Positions 61,426 to 64,000 of a DNA stretch of 64,000 bases are shown here, in pieces. The notes under the pieces were generated by a model. It ran no database searches, had not been told where the DNA came from, and worked only from the letters and a program-made list of their open reading frames with translations. Both the position numbers and the translations under genes were made by a program. Each line of letters begins with the position of its first letter. The first letter of the stretch is position 1. This DNA is from the human T2T-CHM13v2.0 reference genome, Homo sapiens: the NCBI RefSeq assembly GCF_009914755.1, contig NC_060927.1. The stretch is one strand, 5' to 3'.

Positions 61426-64000
61426 GAAGGCAGATGAGCAGGTAGAGCTCATTCCCTACCAGCTCCCTTCAGCAAAGCCTGTGTCTCTGGAGCCTGCTCA
61501 GCCCAGATGCTGCTTTTCTCAGTAGTCAGTGTAACATGGAACACAGCAGGGAGCAAACTCTGGAGGAAGCTATGAACCCAGAGCTGGCAGCATGGGGACA
61601 GGCAAGGTCTGGATTTGTGGGAAGCAGAATGTCAGTTTTGAATCAGACGGAGCTAGGTTCAAATCTCAGCTTCCTTTATCCCGAGCTGGGAGACCTGGTG
61701 CAAGTCATTTCACCCCTCTGAGCTTTGGCTTTCTCTTCTGCAAGATGGGAGGGTAATCCTTGCTTCTCAGCATTGTTTAAGGATTAGACATAACAATGTA
61801 GAGTGAGGGCACAAACAAGGCCTGCTAAATAGTAGATATTATTATTAGCATTAGCATTAGCATATTAGCAAAAGACTTCCAGGGTGAAATCAAACTACAT
61901 TCAACCAAAGCCCTTCTCCTTCACTAACCATATCTACCATTCTCGACTATCAACAAATGATCAGTCAAGAAGCATTCATTAGAGCCGACTACACATAAGG
62001 CTTTGTTGTTGATACAACTAATACCTCCATGTGCCCCTGTGCACCAGGAGTGGGCCTTGAGGCTGGGATGGAACTGGACTCTGCCAGAATAACTCTGGGC
62101 AGCTGGGGCCTGCTCAGGCAGCTACCACCTTTGCCCAGACACCCCTTCCTGTACTGCCCTACCAGCTGGCCCTTTAGAGGCTTGACTGGCATGGGGGCTC
62201 AGGCTCTTGCTGTGGGGTTTACTGCTGCTGAGGCCGGGTGAGCAGCCTGGGCACTGTCCCAAGGCAGGGAACGAGGAGGCAACATTCCCTGCACGGGAAG
62301 GGAACCTTCCTATATGGCAGTGCACGCTCACTGTCTTGTCAACTTCCTCACACCTGTGCTGCTGCAAGGAGGGACTGCTCTCCCATTTTACGAGGCTCAG
62401 AGGGGTGAAGTGACATGCCCAAGACCACGCAGCTGTTTCCAGGCTAGTCTGATGCTTGGGCTCTGCTCTTTTTCTTCTGCCTGCTTTCTCCCTCCCCAGG
62501 CCTTGCTCAGAGGAGGCTGTAGTCACACCATGGTTGCTGGCCTGCAGTACAGGCTTCAGGGTGGCTCTGGGAAGGGGGTGGCAGTGGGGCTGAGACCGCA
62601 TGACAGGAAAAGGTGTCAGGAGCCCTATACCTGGATGGGATGGGAAGAGGTGGTGGAAGATGGGGCAGCTGCAGGGATGTGGGAACATTTGCAGAGGGAG
62701 TGCAGGGAGACGAAATGGTTCTCTTTCATAAGAGAGTCTGTAGAGAAAAAAATCAAAGCTTCTTGGAACTTAAACCTAAAAATGCCAGCTGAATATGATG
62801 ACAACAACAATAATAAAATATCTAGTAATGCCATACATTGCAGTAAGCACTTTTCATATTGTCAATCTTCCCAGGAAATCTGCAGAGTAGACCTTAGTTT
62901 CTTTTGCACTTGATGGCTCAGAGGGGTCACATAACTTTCCCAAGGTCACCCAACTAATAAGTGACAGAGCCAGGATCCAAACCTGGGTCTGTCTCATTCC
63001 AAAACCTTACTCATTCTGCCATACCGAGGTGTAATGCATCACAGTGTTTGAGCTTAGGTGACATAGAGGAGGCCCAGAGAGGTTAAGCTGGGCTTGAGAC
63101 CCATGGTGGATTAGTCACAGCCAGTGAAGCTTCCGGTTCTCCAGAGCCACCTTCCCACCCTGCGGCGCTGCAGAAGGGCCATGCCGGCTGCCAAGGCTCA
63201 GCTGTGCTTCTCTCCCATCATCCCACATGCATATTAATCACACACATAGACTCTAATGAGCAGTTCAACCTCTGCAGCAGGCTCAGACCAGAAGCCAGGG
63301 GTCCTCACCAGCTGGGCATGAAGAGCCCTGTGCCCACTCCTCCAGCCCTCCAGAGCCTGAGCCGTGCCTTGCTGAACTCCAGCCTGAGCCATGCCTTGGC
63401 CCCCTCTTCTAATACCACACAGGTCTCCCATGTGACCTTGTTCTGGTCACTGCTGTGTTCTGAGCCTCTGTTTCCACCTCTGGGAAGTGGAGGCTAGCAG
63501 CACCAGCCCCATGAGATGTCTGTAAAAAAAAAGCCAGGCAGGTCCCGGCAGGCAAATTCCCAGCTGGCCTGGCCAGGTTCCCTGTAGTTGTTGGCAGCCA
63601 GGCGTGCTTGCTGTATCTCTACAGCAAGCGGTTTGCAGCAGCCTTGCTGCCTGAGGTCGGCTGGGGCTCAGTGGTCTGCCCTGAGGCTGACACTGCGTAT
63701 GTCCACCTTCTCTTCCTCCTCCAGCTCCCACAGCTCCCAGTCTCCTCCCGCCATGGCCCTTCTCATCTGACTGTGAGCCTGGTTGGTCTGTGTACCTCTG
63801 GCCTCCAGCACTGGGCCGGCTCAGAGCAGGTGCATGGGAACTTGGTGAATGAATGAGTCATTGCATTTGTGCCTGGCTGTTTCCAGATTTGCACTGGCTG
63901 CCATGGGACATCCAGGGGAGAGTCTCTGCTCCTGCCCTCTCCAGGTGACCACGGGGAGATGAGGCAGTTCCTTATCTCTGTCAGTTGCCTCGGAGGGAGC

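Overview
This is primate, almost certainly human, genomic DNA. It is repeat-rich (Alu, SVA, L1, L2, MIR, MaLR/ERV LTRs, hAT DNA transposons) and holds the 5' part of one gene on the + strand, SPSB4 (SPRY/B30.2 domain and SOCS-box protein 4). The gene has a CpG-island promoter and a non-coding first exon (~20860-21508), a ~14 kb intron, and an 847-nt exon 2 (35466-36312) carrying the ATG and the whole SPRY domain. The SOCS-box exon was not found and presumably lies beyond the window. Nearly all other listed ORFs are repeat- or GC-derived noise, and there is no sign of a prokaryotic-type system or a second protein-coding gene. The best leads are regulatory and remain hypotheses: (1) a ~1 kb cluster of inflammation-type motifs about 6 kb upstream, built around a MER41B-like LTR; (2) a uORF created by the exon 1/exon 2 junction, in frame with the main ORF; (3) a polyglycine-frame GGC repeat in the 5'UTR; (4) two possible routes to a SPRY-only protein without the SOCS box. 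Repeat subfamilies were called by eye, and boundaries are approximate unless a TSD is quoted.
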